From positions 81,843 to 145,842 of IMG/VR virus record IMGVR_UViG_3300035101_000015: 64,000 nt of DNA; one strand, written 5' to 3'. Position 1 is the stretch's first letter. Every line of letters starts with the position of its first letter. A program made the position numbers and the translations under genes. Below the pieces are notes generated by a model, which saw only the letters and a program-made list of their open reading frames with translations, did not search any database and had not been told where the DNA came from. The DNA comes from a virus (Duplodnaviria; Caudoviricetes). Positions 33,756 to 43,559 of the stretch are shown piece after piece.

Positions 33756-35562
33756 CTCTCACCATCTGAACGACCTTCGTCAGGCCATTCACGTTGTCCA
33801 CGGTGTCGGTGAAGCGTACCGCCTTGTAGAGAGGACTTCCAGTACTCTTGCGCACGCGTCCCAAGACCGGCTGGTCCACCGTGAAGGACCGCGTAGCTTG
33901 AATCTCCCCATTCACATCGGTCAGCCCCTCCAGCACAGCCCCTGTACTGGTGATGGTCCCGGTGGCAGGTGTAGCTGGCGTGCCAGTCACCGCGTACGTG
34001 TAGGCGTTCACCCCCGTAACCGTAATCTGAAAGACGCCGTTGTACTCCTGCTGGTCTGCACCTCTAACGACCACCTTGTCGTTGGTCACTAGGCCATGTG
34101 CGGTGTGCGCTACGGTAGCTGTCGAGCCAGAGCGGGTGATGGTGACGCTTTCCTCATAGGGCAGGTCACCTGTGCCGTCCGCAGCCTCTACCAACACACG
34201 AGCATTCTGCAGGTCTGAGTCGTTCTCGTCCCTCACATTGATGAGCGTCGTCACCGGGTCGATGACGATGTTCACCGTCGCCCCGGCGCTCTTGTAGCTG
34301 AAGTTCCCAGTGCCGCCGACGATGTTGATGGTCACAGTGCCACTGGTACGTGCGACGTAGAACGTCGAGTCGTTCTGCGCATTGCTGGCATTGAAGCCAC
34401 TGGTGGTCATGCCTCTCAGTGTGATGGATGTAGGCGACGACGTACCGAACTCGATGGCGTGGTGTGCGTTCGTCCCCTTGCTGAACGTCATGTCGTCCAA
34501 GTAGCCATCGGGGTCGGTAGCCACGTTCCACACCAGCGCCGAGGCGTCAGCAGCCACCGTAGGCGTGAGCACAAAAGAACCGGTCATGTCGGTTCCTGGT
34601 GCCGTGATGGCGTTGCAGCCGGTGAAGATGCTGTTGCTACATTCGCTAGTCGACAGGAACGTAAACGTGTTCATGCCAGTGAACTGGCACCTCTTCGCCG
34701 TGAACGTCCCCGCTGTGACAACGAGCGTCCCCCTGCTCGTCGTGCCGAGAGAGCGAATCTGGTAGTTGGTCCATTCGACGTTGCTGCTGGCGTTGACAAC
34801 CTCAAAGCGGTTGAAGGCCGACGTGACCTTCAACGTATCGAGGATGTTGATGACTCGGTCAGAGTCTCGCCAGTCGACCGCTGTGGATACGGTCCCCATT
34901 TGCAGGAAACCCTGGAACAGGTACGTACCCTTGATTTCCTGCAACAACCCCCATCGATTGGTGCTGCTGTTCGCCGTGGCCTCGCATCCAGCAAGCGTGG
35001 CGTAGTTGGCCGCCTCACCAGCCGTCGCGTCGATGCGACACCGACCGTAGCGCATCGCGTCGATGGCCCACGGAGAGCCCTTCGTTGGGCCGCCAGTGGG
35101 AAGACTGGCTTGGCCGCCAAAGTACTGCAGCGTCGCACCAGGAGTGCCTGTCGTGGCATCCTGTGCCACCGTCGGGTTGACTGGATAGGGATTCCAAAGA
35201 CCGAAGACTTCGGTGTCCGACCCACCGACGTACCACTGCTTGTAGTCGCCGGAACCAGACCCAATCAGAAGTTGGATACCACCACTCGCACGAGCGGCGA
35301 CCGAGTTCATGGTCGCGTGCGCCAGGAACATGATGACGGCGCCATCGGTCGGGACAGTAATCCCAGAGCCGTAGTTGTAAATCATGCCCCTGGTTGCACT
35401 CGCCCAAGCGTTCTTGGAGATGCAGTTGTTGCCCTGGATGTAGTAGTCCGTCTCAGGCGCGTTCAGACCAGCAGGCCCACCTCCGAGCGCTGTCCACCCA
35501 GTGGTACTAGCGAACTCGATTTGGATGGTCGAGAGGTCCGTGACATAGGACGGAGCCGCCAT
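33748..35562 (-). CDS. Putative virion/tail-associated structural protein
   Basis: Thr/Gly/Ser-rich beta composition; TVAHTAHGL..DKVVV..EYNG.FQIT module. Confidence 0.65.
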   Translation of the reverse strand: MAAPSYVTDLSTIQIEFASTTGWTALGGGPAGLNAPETDYYIQGNNCISKNAWASATRGMIYNYGSGITVPTDGAVIMFLAHATMNSVAARASGGIQLLIGSGSGDYKQWYVGGSDTEVFGLWNPYPVNPTVAQDATTGTPGATLQYFGGQASLPTGGPTKGSPWAIDAMRYGRCRIDATAGEAANYATLAGCEATANSSTNRWGLLQEIKGTYLFQGFLQMGTVSTAVDWRDSDRVINILDTLKVTSAFNRFEVVNASSNVEWTNYQIRSLGTTSRGTLVVTAGTFTAKRCQFTGMNTFTFLSTSECSNSIFTGCNAITAPGTDMTGSFVLTPTVAADASALVWNVATDPDGYLDDMTFSKGTNAHHAIEFGTSSPTSITLRGMTTSGFNASNAQNDSTFYVARTSGTVTINIVGGTGNFSYKSAGATVNIVIDPVTTLINVRDENDSDLQNARVLVEAADGTGDLPYEESVTITRSGSTATVAHTAHGLVTNDKVVVRGADQQEYNGVFQITVTGVNAYTYAVTGTPATPATGTITSTGAVLEGLTDVNGEIQATRSFTVDQPVLGRVRKSTGSPLYKAVRFTDTVDNVNGLTKVVQMVRDD

Positions 35563-35579
35563 ACAGATTCACCAAGATG

Positions 35580-37976
35580 CTACGCATCGCTCTGCCGAAT
35601 CGCTGCGACTGAAGCGTTCGAGGAGCCGAAGACTGCATTGGCCTCAAAGGTCTTGATGGGAGTGGACCCACCATCACGAACTCGAACGAAGAGGTTGCGG
35701 TCCGACTGGTAGACGCCTGTGAAGCCTTCGCTGGAACCGTTGGCGAGCACATCCACGTAGGCCAGGAAGACATCGTTGTCGACGTTCGCCGGGTCTCCGC
35801 TGTAGCTTGTGGATGGAATGGTGAAGGTACTACCAGTCCACGACACGTAGTCCTGCCGCTTGTAGATACCACTGTTGAGCTGTACGCGCAGACGGCTGTT
35901 GTTGGGGTCCTGACCATTGGAGGGTGTGTCACCCGCAATGGGCACCGCCTCTGCACCAGTCTTGACCACCACTGAAGTCTCAGTTCCGCCGCTGAGCGCA
36001 GTGCTGAGCAGCCACTGACCCTTCTCCAACGCCGAGCCAGTACGTGGGCCCACCAGCACACGGTCCTCTCCACTCACCAGACCGGTCACCGTGAACGTGA
36101 CGTTGTTGGGTGGGATGCGCAGGGTACCTGTCAGGTCAGTGAACTTGTCCTGAGCACCGACATCGTTCGGGTCGAAGCCAACACCAAAGGCGCCGATGAT
36201 GTTCGTACCGGTGGACTGACCGATGGAGGGAGTGGAGACGGTACGTGGGGTAGGTGCTCCATTCACCAATGCTTCAGCGGTAGAACCACGCTCGTAGATA
36301 GGCAGGTCATCCACTGGAGCGGAGCCGGCCAAGCGCTGAATCCAGATGGTTCCTGTCAGTCCCTGGTCGTCAACAGCGAGCATGCGCCCTTCACCACCAG
36401 CCTTGTCATCATCAGTGATGGTGGCGTTGATTTTCGCAGTTGCCCCGGAACTGAGTCCGGTGATGTCATCATTGTCCGCCAGGATACTCCCGGCGATGTT
36501 CTCCAGAGCGACGATGAGCGTACCGGCGGTCCAGTAGAGCACCTTACCGGCATTCTTGATGGTACCACCACCATCCGGCTCGAAGGTGACGTATTCACCA
36601 ACGACGAATGAACCAGACTCGTTGTCAGTAGCGAGCTCAGTGCCCCAGTACAGCACGGCGTTCTCAGTGAACGGGCCATTCTGCTCGCCGTCATAGTCAA
36701 ACTCGTGGGTGATGCCACGGAAGGTCTCACCAGCCTGCCCGTAGAACAGCGGGCTTCCTTTGACGGTGAACCATAGGTCACTGCCCGCACTGCCTGTCCA
36801 ACCACCACTGTCCTCTGCGCGGTTGCCAGTGTGAGCACCTGCTGCAGCTCCATCGACATGGACGTAGTCTGTGGCAGTCCCATCAGCATGACGGACAACG
36901 ATGAAGTAGGCGTTGCCTGCCGTCAGCGTGATGTTGTCGTTGAAGCGGAAGACGACCTCCTGGTAGGTGGAGCTCAGTAGAGAGGTCAGCACAGGCTCAG
37001 AAGTAGCCAGCGCGGACCCCGTAGGCGCACCAGGAGTGGCATCATCGGAGTCGTAGAGCTCCGCCACCATGGTGCCTGTCGGAGAGCCAGCGCCAACCTT
37101 GAGGCGGAAGCGAGCCTCTACCAGCTTCTCGGAGATGGTAGCGTGCGGGTCGAACTCCTGGCCCTGACCAGTAATGGTCGCGTTGTCGACGACGTAGTCA
37201 GTGCCTGTATCCGTTCCATTGTCGACGATGTGAGCACGCTGAGTCTTCTGCTTGTTCCACTCATAGGTATCGTTGAGGCTCTGGCTGCCCTTATCGTACT
37301 GCGAGTAGTAGGGCTCACCAGTGCCATCACCATCGATGTCGATGAGCTGGTAGCCCTCAGTATTGGCGATGGTCGTCCAGCCCTCGATGGTGCTGTCTGA
37401 GCTGTTGTTGTTGATGTCGTCGACCGTTGAGATGGCCGAGACGGATACACCAAGACCGAGGGTGACCGAGAACTCCGCGTAGGTGTCACCAAGCTCTCGC
37501 GCCATTGTCAGAACACGCTTGCCGTCGATGTCCGCTCCACCCTCACGCGTCTTGATGAGGAACTGGGAGATGATGTTCTGCGCGGGCACAGCGTTGATGC
37601 CAGTGCCCCAGAAGGGCACCAGTACCTTGTCATCCTGGACCACTATGATTTCGGTTCCGGACTGCACCGTACCCACGATTTGCAACCCGGAGTACTGCGT
37701 GTTCCCTCCATCCTGCGTGATGCTGCAGTCATAGAGGTGCATCGCGACGGTATCGTCGATGTTGTAGGGCGAGTTCAGCGAGAAAATCTTGTCAGTGGAG
37801 CGCTCGGATGGCGTGTCGCTCGTGATGTCGATGAGGTCATCGCCAGATGCCTGGGCGTCATCAGCGAGGTCCTGCAGCCACCTGTGAAGCTGAAGCCCCG
37901 TGTAGTACGTCGAAGCTCCACCGGTCCATCGGATGTTGCCACTGGAGTCAACAGAGATGTCGTCACCGATTGCCAT
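35580..37976 (-). CDS. Putative virion structural protein (798 aa)
   Basis: Acidic, Gly/Thr/Asp-rich; GAGG SD. Confidence 0.65.
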   Translation of the reverse strand: MAIGDDISVDSSGNIRWTGGASTYYTGLQLHRWLQDLADDAQASGDDLIDITSDTPSERSTDKIFSLNSPYNIDDTVAMHLYDCSITQDGGNTQYSGLQIVGTVQSGTEIIVVQDDKVLVPFWGTGINAVPAQNIISQFLIKTREGGADIDGKRVLTMARELGDTYAEFSVTLGLGVSVSAISTVDDINNNSSDSTIEGWTTIANTEGYQLIDIDGDGTGEPYYSQYDKGSQSLNDTYEWNKQKTQRAHIVDNGTDTGTDYVVDNATITGQGQEFDPHATISEKLVEARFRLKVGAGSPTGTMVAELYDSDDATPGAPTGSALATSEPVLTSLLSSTYQEVVFRFNDNITLTAGNAYFIVVRHADGTATDYVHVDGAAAGAHTGNRAEDSGGWTGSAGSDLWFTVKGSPLFYGQAGETFRGITHEFDYDGEQNGPFTENAVLYWGTELATDNESGSFVVGEYVTFEPDGGGTIKNAGKVLYWTAGTLIVALENIAGSILADNDDITGLSSGATAKINATITDDDKAGGEGRMLAVDDQGLTGTIWIQRLAGSAPVDDLPIYERGSTAEALVNGAPTPRTVSTPSIGQSTGTNIIGAFGVGFDPNDVGAQDKFTDLTGTLRIPPNNVTFTVTGLVSGEDRVLVGPRTGSALEKGQWLLSTALSGGTETSVVVKTGAEAVPIAGDTPSNGQDPNNSRLRVQLNSGIYKRQDYVSWTGSTFTIPSTSYSGDPANVDNDVFLAYVDVLANGSSEGFTGVYQSDRNLFVRVRDGGSTPIKTFEANAVFGSSNASVAAIRQSDA

Positions 37977-37992
37977 TGTAGTTCCTCTTGCT

Positions 37993-38493
37993 TCACTTCA
38001 TTGAGCTAACCGCCCAGACGCTCAGTCCGAACACCGTGGCAGCACCGACCGCACCCACGATAATACCGAAAGTCCTGGTGTTATACCAAGGCGGGCCCTT
38101 GCGGAGCTCACCCTCAAGCTCTGCGCTTTTCTTCTCCACGCGTTCTAGGCGTGTCTGCAGGTCAAGACGAATCTCCTTGTGGGCGCTCTCCTCGATTTCC
38201 AGCAGTCCCTGCCAGTAGTCTCGCTCATTACTCTGCAGACGGCGCGCCGACGTGTAGCAGAGGTCGAGCTGGAGCCTGTACTGCTCCATGTAGTTCGCCC
38301 AGCGCAGCGCAGTGGCAGGGTCGTAGAGCTGGCCGGAGAACGGAGCCTTCTCTCCTTTGGTGAGTACCACGATGTTGTCGTCACCAGATGGCACGGGCGT
38401 GAGCTCGAACCGTGGTACGGGAGGCAGCTCCGGTACCTGTGCGGACAGGAAGGCTGGGAAGAGGAAGATGAGCAGGAAGACGCGCCAGTTCAT
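37993..38493 (-). CDS. Exported/membrane coiled-coil protein (spanin-like topology)
   Basis: N-terminal signal-like segment, coiled coil, C-terminal hydrophobic helix. Confidence 0.5.
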   Translation of the reverse strand: MNWRVFLLIFLFPAFLSAQVPELPPVPRFELTPVPSGDDNIVVLTKGEKAPFSGQLYDPATALRWANYMEQYRLQLDLCYTSARRLQSNERDYWQGLLEIEESAHKEIRLDLQTRLERVEKKSAELEGELRKGPPWYNTRTFGIIVGAVGAATVFGLSVWAVSSMK

Positions 38494-41400
38494 TGCTTGG
38501 CCTCCATCAGCTTGGCGAGCTCGAGCAGCATGGCCACTTTGATGTGCTGCTGTGGGTTCTTGCCCAGCATAGCCTTCATCATCTCGACCTTCATGGTCAT
38601 CAGCCCACTAAAGAGCTTCTTGGGGATGTGAGCCCGGTAGGCAGCGATGGCCTCGTCCCTGTTGTCGAACCCTAGGAAGACCTTGTACTCGTCGAATGTC
38701 CCATCTGGCTTCCTCTGGATGGCCCAGAACGCATGCTCAGACTTCTTCTTGGGACCAATGAAGACGTCCAGCCCATCATGGTCCCCACCCAGAGTACGGG
38801 GGATGTGCCCGTAGTCGTACCGGTAGCGCCGGCTCCAAGGCTTGCCCTTCTCGTCCCGGCCCATCATCACGAAGCCTCGGGGGCGGTCGACGCTGATGGG
38901 GATGCCCTGAAAGTCCAACTTGAACTTCGTGCTGTCGGTACTGGCCGGCTTGCCCTTGTACAGGCCCGTCGGGGCCGCTGCTGCCTTCTGCTGGACCGGC
39001 AGCGGGCGGCGGCGCGGGACAGCCGGCGCCGGGGGCGCGGCCTGCTGTGGGGCGGCCTGGGCCGCCTGCGGAGCTGCCTGTGCTGGCTGCTGGGCCGGAG
39101 CAGGCTGGCCAGCCAAGTGCTGACCCAGGGCGGTGCCGCCCGCTGCCGCCCCGCCGGCGGCGGCCCCGCCGGCGAGGGCCGCGCCACCGGAGAAGCCCTT
39201 GCCGAACTGCCCAGTGTAGAAGCGACGCAGCATGGGGCTCATGAGCGGCTGCTTGCCTGGGTCGAGCAGGCCGCTTCGGGCGCCCATCGGGTTCGACTCG
39301 ATGATTTTGAAGCCCCCACCTTTGACCGGAGCAACGTCGAAGGCAAAGGAAGTCCTACGGTGCTGCTCAGGCAGCTTGTCTACGATGTCCTGCACATACT
39401 TCGACGCCTCGCGCATCTTCTTGCGCCTGAGTAGCGACAGGGGATTGTAGCGAGGAGATGCAAGCGACGGGTCCACCTGGCCGGCAAAGGAGTGGACACG
39501 AATCTCCTCCGAGGCTGGGTTGCCGACGAGCTTCGACGCCAGCCGACCGAGCACTCCGGGGCGCTCGAACTGGACCTTCTTCTGGCTCAGCGCAGCCTTC
39601 GGGTTGCGCATGATGTCCTCGAGCACGCGTCCAGCGTAGGCAGGGTCCTTCTTCGCAGCGGTGTAGAACTTGTCCCAGTCGGACGACTGAGCGAACTCCC
39701 CTCCTTGTGCGCGCAGCTTGGCACGCAGCTTCTTGGACTCGCCTTTGGAGTAGTCACGCCAGAGCCTAGCGAAGTCGTCCGACTCCATTGGGAATTTGCC
39801 ACTGGCCTGAGCTCCGCCTACGTCCTTGAGGACGAATCCGCCTTTCCCGTACTGCTTCTGCAGCCGTTGCTGCAGCTTACCTACGAACTCCTCCTGCTGC
39901 TTCATTCCTCGAGGAGGCTTCTTCAACCCCATCTCCTTGAGGATGGACCTGACGTGGTCGCTCACACCTGCACTTTCAGGAAGGGCTCCAGGTGCATGGC
40001 GCTGAAAGTATTGATACTCCTTCAGCTTATTCTCACCGATGAGCTCATTGAGGCGAGATGCTGCACGCGTGCTGTGTGGGTCCGGTGTCGTAGCGCTACG
40101 CACCCAGGCAGTCTCTGTCTCAGGGTCGAAGTGATGAACTGCAGCTCGCACCTTCTTCGGGCGCTTTGGCTGGGCACCACCGGTGTAGACCATCTCATCA
40201 GCACTGTGACGGATGCGGTCGATGAAGCGCCTCGCACGACCCTTTGGCGCCTTCTCAGACACCGAGCGCACGAACTTCCCACCCGAGCCCTCTTGAATCT
40301 TCCGCAGGAAGGGGTCCGCACTGAAGCGCTTCTTGCGCATCGCCGCGTAGATGAGAGGAGCTGCAGCGGCTGCCGTACCCAGACCAGCAAGCAGCGGAGC
40401 CTTGCTCCTCCTACGCTTCTCTCCCTCCTCCTTGGCCACCTTCGCCATTGCGGTCTTCACGTCCGGTGGGATGTCCTGGTCGAGGTGGAAGCTCTTGAAA
40501 GCTGGAGCTCTGGGGGCGTAGTGCATCGGTGCTCTCTGCATTGTAACCCGCGCCTGCAATCCCTCATACTTCGAGGGGTTCTGGAGCATGTCCTTCTTCA
40601 TTGCGTGGGACATACCAGTCCCTACGCGTCCAATCACCGGGCCACCCTTGGTGTAGGAGAACTCGAAACCCCCGGCCATCGTGCCTTGGCGCTTCGTGCC
40701 CCTCTCGGGGAAGACGGAGCGCACGAACACATCCTTCTCTGCCTTGAACTTCGCCTTGACCGGTGTTGGCTTGTCCCGATGCCACTCGACCACACCCTCC
40801 TCAGTGGAGGGCTCGCGGCCTGCCTCGATGTCCGCAATCAGCTTCCGCTTCGCGGCGGGTGTACTAGCAGTCCTAGGCCGAGATAGCCACGGAGCTGCTC
40901 CCACTGCTTGCGCGAGAAGTTCTCGCTTCTGAGCGTATGGCAAACCCTCGACGTCCTTGCCTTTGAAGCGCGTGACGTCGAAGGCGACTGGGACGAGCCG
41001 CCCTTCTTGCTTCTGTTTCTCACGGCTCTTCCACACTCCTGCATTCAGAATACCGCCGACTCGAGCAGCCGGCAGAGCCTTTCCCCTATCATCCACGGCA
41101 TAGAGCTCTCCTCTCAGAATGGTGTCCTTGAGCCCAGACGGAGTCTTGCGCTTGTGGAAGCCTGGCAGCTTCTGCGTGTGGTCGATGACCCCAGAGGCTC
41201 TCTCCGTCGGGCGGTAGCTGAAGACGCGTGGAGTGGTTCCTGGAGACTTGAACTGGTACAGAACGTGGGCACCATCAATCTTCGCCTGTAGCTCGGTGTT
41301 TGGGTCATCGGTGTTGAGCTGTCCAACGCCACGCTCCTTGTACTTCGGCTTGCTCGAGGGAAGTAGCTGACTGGGGCCTGCCTTTCTGGACGGTGTGACG

Positions 41401-42200
41401 TTCTGCACCATCCAGTCACCACCTTTGGTACGCCTCAGAGCGAACTCCTGGTTCTCCTTGCCCTTGTAGACGTTGAACCGGACATCCTTCTTGCTCGAGT
41501 GCAGGACCTCTGCCTTGTCCCTCTGCGCGAGCTCGACGTCGCCCTTGCCATAGCCCTTCTCGATGCGCCCCTTGAAGTCCATGTAGCCGATGGTGTGGGT
41601 CGGCTGCTGCACGGCCAAGGTGTGCTGGCCTGGCGGCGGGAGCCCTCCACGCATCGCCCAGGAGTGAGCTCGGCCGGTCCGGGGGTCCCCGAGCCTCAAG
41701 TCAAAGTGCTCCCCCGCCCGCTCGGCCTGGTGACGGTGCAGAGCCATCTCCCAGGTCCTGGGGGTAGTGAATTTGGGCAGCGCGCGGATGGCCCGGCTGG
41801 GAATACCGGGGGCGAACTCACTGGCCTTCTCGAGCTCCTTGGCGCCCACAGTGACGTGCAGAGGCGCCCGCCCGAGCCCGTGCTCCTTCCGCAGGGCCTG
41901 CACCTGCTCCCACTTCACCGGCATCAGCTTGTACTGCCGGCCCTTCTTGGGCTGTGGGGCGGAGATGACCCTAGGGTCGAGCTTCATGCCCTCAGCCGGC
42001 AGGTCCCCGAGCTGCTGGGCCAGGAGCTCCTTCTGCTTGACCCGCTTGAGCTCCTTCGGCCGGACCAGCGTCAGATGGTGACGTGGGCCGAACCTCTCCG
42101 CCCGGTACGCCTGCTCCGCCTCTGGGACTTTCCCGACAATCAGCTCCGGCGGCACGTCGGCGTACCGGAGGATTGAACTCTTGAGCTGGGTGTCCGGCAC
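38490..42200 (-). CDS. Multidomain polyprotein: 2H phosphoesterase / LigD-type 3'-phosphoesterase / ATP-dependent ligase / ATP-grasp / inorganic pyrophosphatase-like
   Basis: HLTL..HVTV (2H); HQAERAGEHFDLRL..SWA..LAVQQPTH..YMDFKGRIEKGYGKGDV (PE); AKIDG, RGEL, AFDV, EEGVV, KAK, VGTG (ligase plus OB); FVLKD..EIRVH..FDV..IIESNP (ATP-grasp); YDYGHIPRTLGGDHDGLDVFIG..DEYKVFLGF (InPase). Confidence 0.82.
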   Translation of the reverse strand: MPDTQLKSSILRYADVPPELIVGKVPEAEQAYRAERFGPRHHLTLVRPKELKRVKQKELLAQQLGDLPAEGMKLDPRVISAPQPKKGRQYKLMPVKWEQVQALRKEHGLGRAPLHVTVGAKELEKASEFAPGIPSRAIRALPKFTTPRTWEMALHRHQAERAGEHFDLRLGDPRTGRAHSWAMRGGLPPPGQHTLAVQQPTHTIGYMDFKGRIEKGYGKGDVELAQRDKAEVLHSSKKDVRFNVYKGKENQEFALRRTKGGDWMVQNVTPSRKAGPSQLLPSSKPKYKERGVGQLNTDDPNTELQAKIDGAHVLYQFKSPGTTPRVFSYRPTERASGVIDHTQKLPGFHKRKTPSGLKDTILRGELYAVDDRGKALPAARVGGILNAGVWKSREKQKQEGRLVPVAFDVTRFKGKDVEGLPYAQKRELLAQAVGAAPWLSRPRTASTPAAKRKLIADIEAGREPSTEEGVVEWHRDKPTPVKAKFKAEKDVFVRSVFPERGTKRQGTMAGGFEFSYTKGGPVIGRVGTGMSHAMKKDMLQNPSKYEGLQARVTMQRAPMHYAPRAPAFKSFHLDQDIPPDVKTAMAKVAKEEGEKRRRSKAPLLAGLGTAAAAAPLIYAAMRKKRFSADPFLRKIQEGSGGKFVRSVSEKAPKGRARRFIDRIRHSADEMVYTGGAQPKRPKKVRAAVHHFDPETETAWVRSATTPDPHSTRAASRLNELIGENKLKEYQYFQRHAPGALPESAGVSDHVRSILKEMGLKKPPRGMKQQEEFVGKLQQRLQKQYGKGGFVLKDVGGAQASGKFPMESDDFARLWRDYSKGESKKLRAKLRAQGGEFAQSSDWDKFYTAAKKDPAYAGRVLEDIMRNPKAALSQKKVQFERPGVLGRLASKLVGNPASEEIRVHSFAGQVDPSLASPRYNPLSLLRRKKMREASKYVQDIVDKLPEQHRRTSFAFDVAPVKGGGFKIIESNPMGARSGLLDPGKQPLMSPMLRRFYTGQFGKGFSGGAALAGGAAAGGAAAGGTALGQHLAGQPAPAQQPAQAAPQAAQAAPQQAAPPAPAVPRRRPLPVQQKAAAAPTGLYKGKPASTDSTKFKLDFQGIPISVDRPRGFVMMGRDEKGKPWSRRYRYDYGHIPRTLGGDHDGLDVFIGPKKKSEHAFWAIQRKPDGTFDEYKVFLGFDNRDEAIAAYRAHIPKKLFSGLMTMKVEMMKAMLGKNPQQHIKVAMLLELAKLMEAKQ

Positions 42201-42238
42201 CTCACCAGCCTACCAGAGCACCGTGCAAAACGGGACGC

Positions 42239-42778
42239 TCAACTGCTCAGAAGCTGGTCTGCGGTGTCATCATACCAGCGCTCGATGCGGCGGCTCCATG
42301 GCCAGGTCCAGAAGTACTGGGCGTTGGTGAAGTGGCCAATCATGCGCCGGCGGTACTCCGAGTCTCTCAGCAAGTGCCCACCGTAGTACTCCATGTCGGC
42401 CCGCATGCTCTCCTCGTAAGCCTCCATCTCGTACTTCATGCGGAAGTAGGCGAAGAAGCAGGGGAACCAGAGCAGGAGGTACTTGATGGCGTACCAGAGG
42501 AACCACGTCTTCGCACGCTGGCGCATGTGGACTCGTTCGTGCCTGAGGATGGCAGCTCTCCCCTCCCATGGCCAGCTCATCCACCTGCTCGGTGTGTAGA
42601 CCGTGTAGCCGATGGTGGTGGTGAAGGTGAGCATGAAGGAACGCATAAGCCCGAAGGTGATGATGAGCAACCCGATGTTGCAGAGCTTCATCAGCGTACT
42701 GTCGGCCTTCGGCACCAGGCGGAACTCCGGGAACTCCTTCTGGGTCTCGGTCACCACGAGCTGCATCGGGTCATCCAC
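42239..42778 (-). CDS. Hydrophobic protein with HExxH motif (putative metallopeptidase)
   Basis: ILRHERVH..Q, EMEAY; hydrophobic segments; follows the holin/spanin-like genes. Confidence 0.6.
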   Translation of the reverse strand: MDDPMQLVVTETQKEFPEFRLVPKADSTLMKLCNIGLLIITFGLMRSFMLTFTTTIGYTVYTPSRWMSWPWEGRAAILRHERVHMRQRAKTWFLWYAIKYLLLWFPCFFAYFRMKYEMEAYEESMRADMEYYGGHLLRDSEYRRRMIGHFTNAQYFWTWPWSRRIERWYDDTADQLLSS

Positions 42779-43160
42779 GAGCGCGCCTCCCTACCTCTAG
42801 CAGGTACTCGTTCAGTGCATCCGGGTCCTCCAGGAGCTCGTCGACCTTTCCCTCCTGCTCCTCAGTCAGGTCGTTGACAGCCTCCTGGTGCTCCTCGATG
42901 ACCTTGGCCGACTTGCGCAGCAGCTCGGACTTGGCCTTCTCCCTCTCCGCTGCAGCTCTGGTCTCGACGTCGGCTATCTTCTTCTTGGCGGCATCGCTCT
43001 CGTGGTCGTCGTTGACCACCACGACCTCACCATGACTCCGACCGGTCAGGTAGATGACCAGGGCAAGAGGGAACAGAAGGACCCACATCCAGTACTTCTT
43101 GAACCAGGGCCACGCCTTGGTCCTCAGCCACCCCCAAACCTTCAGCAGGAACAGAGGCAC
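42771..43160 (-). CDS. Single-TM coiled-coil protein (inner-spanin-like)
   Basis: N-terminal TM then charged coiled coil. Confidence 0.5.
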   Translation of the reverse strand: MPLFLLKVWGWLRTKAWPWFKKYWMWVLLFPLALVIYLTGRSHGEVVVVNDDHESDAAKKKIADVETRAAAEREKAKSELLRKSAKVIEEHQEAVNDLTEEQEGKVDELLEDPDALNEYLLEVGRRARG

Positions 43161-43161
43161 T

Positions 43162-43551
43162 CTACACCTCCGGTGGCAGCTCCGCCGGTGAGTCTGGCAG
43201 CTTCACATCCACATCGTACTGCTTGAGGATGAGCTTCTTGAGTACCTTGTAGAGGAACCCACTGAACCAGGCAATAGTGCAGGCCACGAAGAGCTTGCTG
43301 ATGTACCCCTCAACATCGCCGAACAGGAACTTCGACGGGATGAAAGCGTACACGGCACCGAACACCAGCGGGATGGCATAGAGGATGACCTGGTTGTACC
43401 ACTGAGAGAACTTCGTGACGTACGGGTTCTTCTTCTTGAGGTGCGGCCAGATGAGCTCGACGATGCGCCGAGTGAAGAAGACAGCGATGACCACCATCAC
43501 GGCCAGGGCGAGCACGCCCGGGATGTTCAGGTTCTTGAGCAGGTCATCCAT
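43162..43551 (-). CDS. Putative holin (3 TM)
   Basis: 129 aa, three hydrophobic helices, charged C-terminus. Confidence 0.55.
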   Translation of the reverse strand: MDDLLKNLNIPGVLALAVMVVIAVFFTRRIVELIWPHLKKKNPYVTKFSQWYNQVILYAIPLVFGAVYAFIPSKFLFGDVEGYISKLFVACTIAWFSGFLYKVLKKLILKQYDVDVKLPDSPAELPPEV

Positions 43552-43559
43552 ATTCCCTC

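Noticed and set aside
39492-40886. Long antisense or alternative-frame ORFs (e.g. 39492..40886, 34459..35712, 15004..16158, 30234..31259)
   Set aside because: Typical high-GC shadow ORFs opposite motif-bearing genes, with no recognisable motifs of their own.
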